From contig ML996690.1 of assembly GCA_010356995.1 (NCBI GenBank), positions 623,420-687,419 on the forward strand: a DNA stretch of 64,000 bases. The letters are read 5' to 3'. The notes below the pieces were generated by a model. It was given only the letters and a program-made list of their open reading frames with translations, did not search any database and had not been told where the DNA came from. This document shows positions 59,944-64,000 of the stretch, piece after piece. The number at the start of each line of letters is the position of its first letter. Within the stretch, counting starts at the first letter, position 1. Source of the stretch: Trichodelitschia bisporula (Eukaryota). Position numbers and translations under genes: made by a program.

Positions 59944-62900
59944 ATGGAGGGGCAAGGCGTCGAGAACACCGACGGATCGCCGATTGTGCGTGCCCACAAC
60001 CCATACCAGTCCATGTGCCAGATGCTGATAATCCTCTAGAAGCCGGTATCATCGCTCAGGAACCATTTCGAGAACATAATCAAGTCGCAACCGCGACCAG
60101 CTGCTTCAACACCCACTCCTCCAGTACGCCCCATCAGCTCCATTCATCGCCAGGTCGAAGATGTTCAAGGACGAGTCTGGGGAGATGGGCGGGCTTCACT
60201 GGACGTTCCTAGACCAGAATTTGCTCAAAATCAATCCGCATCCAATGCGGCAGCGAATTTGGCGCCAGATGGACATCTGTTCCGCTCAGGTACACCGAGA
60301 CTTCGTCCCGTATCCATGGGGCCATTGTCACCTCCTAGATCACCGCCGCTCGTCACTGTAGAGTCTCCTCACTCACCACCTAAACTTTCAGGTCTTACTT
60401 TGCCACCGGGCGTCTCCGCTCGATCCTCGAGGGAATCTTTCCGCCGGACCACTGACTCCAGGTCAGGCTCGCCCACGAGCACTCCCGCCCGCTTCTTTAA
60501 ACTTCCGAGTCGGGCTGCCACGCCTTCGTTAGATACACGACAAGCGCCCGCTTTGCTTCCCGCAGCAGCGTCTCAAGGCTTCGCCGACCCTCAGAAGCTC
60601 CCTCCCTCCGAAAGGGGCTCCCCTATCCGATCGTCGCCCCACCCCATTCCACCTCCTATCAATCGCGCCGGAAAGCCCAAGATATTTGGAAGCAAGCCAT
60701 CTATGCCAACGAAGACGGGCGACAGCTTGGCTCCAAGGCCGAGTGTGGACGATGAGCGCATCTCGCCGTTCAGCACGCCACCGAGCGAACCGGAAAGCCC
60801 GCTAGACGAGGGCATGAGCCCGCCTCCACCCATACCAGAACATTCGAAGCCTCGGGCTCCACCTCGTCCGCAGCGCGACAGTCAGCATTTTGCAACTCCA
60901 GCGTCGCGTGACACTCAGCAATATGCACCTCCACCTCCGCCGCTTCACTATGCTGAAGCGGAGTCGAAATTGAGACGGATGTCTATCCAAGGACGAAACC
61001 TAGGCTCCTCACTCGCGAAACTTCCATTCCGCTCATCCCGCTCGACGGAAGAGGCGCTAGAGGGGCGACCTAACCTTCCGCCTAGACGGCCAGGCCCCGT
61101 TATGGTCGACCGAAGTCGGTCTCCCAAGCCTCCCCCTCCCCCTGAGCCTCCGATTCGAAGATCCATGGACGTCATTGGCTCTATCCGGGCACAGGATCTC
61201 CCCGGGAGGGCTTCTATGGATGGTTACTCGTCCGGGAACAGCACATTGATCGGGAGCACGAGTTCAAGATTCGAGCCTCCGCCCCGACGGGCTCAAACAT
61301 TCGGCCTGCACAGTCAGAGCTCCCATCCCTACTCCAACGATACTCTAGTGCCTCTACCACCTCCACCACCACTCGCTCCGCCTCGACCCTCTATAGATTC
61401 CAAGCGACCAGATTTCTTCTCTCGGAACAACTTCTCTCGGAACAACTCCTCAACCGCTCCCCGTATACGAGACGATTCTGATGATGATGAATATGACATG
61501 CCTGTCGAGAAAGGCCCCACCCTGACCGATTATCCTGATTCCTCCCAAGCCAACAGGCGTCCTCCACGGTTTAAGGATTCACCTCACGAGATCCCGACCC
61601 GGTACGAAACCAAACTCTTCGCCATCTGCGGAGAGTTTGTCTGCACCGGAGGCTACATCACCCGCGTTTGGAGCCTCCTTACTGGCGAACAGCTCTTGAG
61701 CATTAGTCATGGCGAGACAACGAAAGTCACAGCGCTCGCGTTCAAACCGGCGAAGGATGTTGAGGACGAAGGCAAAAGAGTGTGGCTAGGAATGAACACT
61801 GGCGAACTCCATGAAGTGGATATCCCCACGCAATCCGTCGTCATTTCCAAGCCAAACGCGCATAGTAAAGTGCCCATTATCAAAATCCACCGTCATGCCT
61901 CAGATATGTGGACACTTGATGACGAGGGCAAGCTTCTTGTGTGGCCGACAGGAGATGATGGCGCCCCTAGCCTAGCATCAACGCCTAACGTCTGTCGCGT
62001 GCCTAGTGGAGCATCGTTCTCCTTGATCGTGGGGAGTCAGCTCTGGATAGCCTTTGGCAAAGACATTTGGATCTACAAGCACAGCCCGGAAAGTCGAAAT
62101 GCGACGCAAGTCCTTCAAAAGCCTCTGAATCAGCAACATGTTGGCGAAGTCACATCTGGAACGGTGATTAGCAGCCAGACGGACCGCATTTACTTTGGCC
62201 ACATCGATGGAAAGGTGACAATATACTCTCGTAATGACTATAGTTGTCTCGGGATTGTCAGTGTCAGCCTCTACAAGATCAGTTCTCTTGTGGGTGTGGG
62301 CGAGCACCTGTGGGCGGGCTTCAACACTGGTATGATTTACGTCTACGACACGACCACGCAGCCGTGGAGGGTTCTGAAGGACTGGAAAGCGCACGAGAAT
62401 ACCATTGCTGGTATCCAAGTAGATCGCACGAGTATCTGGAAACTCGACAGATTGCAAGTGGCGTCGCTCGGCACCGATGGAATGATCCGGCTATGGGACG
62501 GCATGCTGACCGATGACTGGCTTGGTATTATACCTTGCAAGCTTTCATTACTACGCTAACGCCTCGCAGAGACGGATATGCAGGAACACGACGCGGAATT
62601 CTGTGACTTCCGCGAAGTCACCGCGCTTGTGCTGACCTGGAATGCGGGTGCATCGAAGCCGACTAGCCTGAGACATGACGGGCGCGACGCCAATTTTTTT
62701 AGAGATCTCTTTCAGTCGATTGAGCCTCCCGACATAATCGTGTTCGGCTTTCAAGAACTAGTCGACCTTGAGGACAAGAAAGTTACAGCCCGTAAGTACG
62801 TTTTCTCACGGCGAAGCAATGTTCTCATCAGCACCTAGGGAGTCTTTTCAAGAGCAGCAAGAAAAAGGATGCGCTTGAGCACGAACATATGGCACACCAG

Positions 62901-63927
62901 TACCGCGCGTGGAAGGACCATCTTACCAAGTGCCTTGAGTTGCATATGCCAGTGGATTCTCCTTACATGCTTCTGCATACTGCCAGTCTTGTCGGACTTT
63001 TCACCTGCGTCTTCGTAAAGCAGTCGGCACGACCCAATATCCGCGATGTTGAGGCAGCCAAAGTCAAACTTGGAATGGGCGGGCATTACGGAAATAAGGT
63101 ACGCAGTTGATCGTGGTTGCTTGCGCCGAATTGACGGGTACAGGGCGCGCTGATTGTCCGTTTCCTTCTCGATGACAGCTCCTTATGCTTCATCAACTGC
63201 CACCTGGCAGCCGGCCAGCGTCAGACGGTGCATCGCAACAACGACATTGCCGCCATCATGGAAGCGGCAGCCTTGCCTCCTGGCAAAGACGTGACAAGCC
63301 GCGCCGATATGTTCGTGAGCGGCGGAGATGGTACCATGATCCTAGATCATGAGATTTGTATTCTCAATGGCGATCTCAACTACCGCATAGATACCATGAG
63401 CCGCGACACTGTCATCGCAGCCGTTAAAGCGAACAACCTAGCCAAGCTTCTTGATCGCGACCAGTTGCTTCTCTCTCGCAAGAAGAACCCAGGCTTCCGT
63501 CTCCGCGCATTTCAAGAAAAGGAAATCACGTTCGCCCCAACTTACAAGTACGATGTGGGCTCTGACAATTACGACTCCAGCGAGAAGAAGCGCTCACCTG
63601 CCTGGTGCGATCGGTTGCTTTACCGCGGCATTGGCCGAATCAAGCAGGTCGACTATAAGAGGCACGAAGTGCGAGTTTCTGATCATAGGCCAGTGAGCGG
63701 TATGTTCAAACTACGCGTCAAGACCATCTCTCCCAAGCGGAGAGTAACTGCACAGGAGCGGTCTGAACAACGCTTTGAGGAGGTCCGGCAACGAATCGCC
63801 ATGGACATCAAGTACGTCTCTCCTATTGACTCATTTGAGCACACTCACTGACAGGTAAAGGCTCGATTACTTGATAAATGTATTTGGCGTGACGGTAAAG
63901 GAAGCGCAGCGGCTACTTGCCAAGTGA
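59944..63927 (+). CDS. Inositol polyphosphate 5-phosphatase with Pro-rich N-terminus and WD40-like region
   Basis: TWNAG, FGFQELV, GNKGAL, NCHLAAG, GDLNYRI, PTYKYD, PAWCDRLL, SDHRPV. First exon 59944-59985 joins at 60040; five introns. Confidence 0.93.
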
Positions 63928-64000
63928 AGAATGAACATCATATGTATGGCGGACAAGCTTCTGTAGTGAACTGGACTGGAGTGTCGGGGAAGGCTAGGTC

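Overview
Gene-dense, GC-rich genomic window from a filamentous ascomycete (Pezizomycotina; short GT..CTRAC..AG introns; Dothideomycete-like is a guess). By manual splicing I can support 25 protein-coding genes and one intron-containing tRNA-Asp(GTC). Most are conserved housekeeping genes: PP2A B56, elongase, UBC7, scramblase, SEN2, PI-PLC-like, GH95, GPI14, TRAX, a PIN protein, a WD40 protein, ILV1, CCC1, GPI17, a beta-lactamase-fold hydrolase, a PAP2_3 protein, TRM734, AIM6-like, CASTOR-like, WDR83, COX6, PRE6, DLD2, a CHY finger and an inositol 5-phosphatase. I see no intact transposon, CRISPR array or secondary-metabolite cluster. The most interesting signals are regulatory or structural. 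(1) A CASTOR-like ACT-domain gene has a hidden 15-codon first exon, a ~1.07 kb intron with a candidate poison acceptor and hairpin, an AUG-depleted leader with one short uORF, and a TGACTCA site. (2) A PIN/RGG gene has an in-frame uORF separated by a single UAG, followed by a leader intron, which is an NMD-feedback or readthrough-like layout. (3) A ~165-aa insert rich in Kex2-type sites lies inside the GH95 enzyme. (4) Alternating C-rich and G-rich blocks flip synonymous codon use within single genes. (5) A CBC/HapX-type motif lies upstream of CCC1. All product calls come from recalled family motifs; no database search was run.
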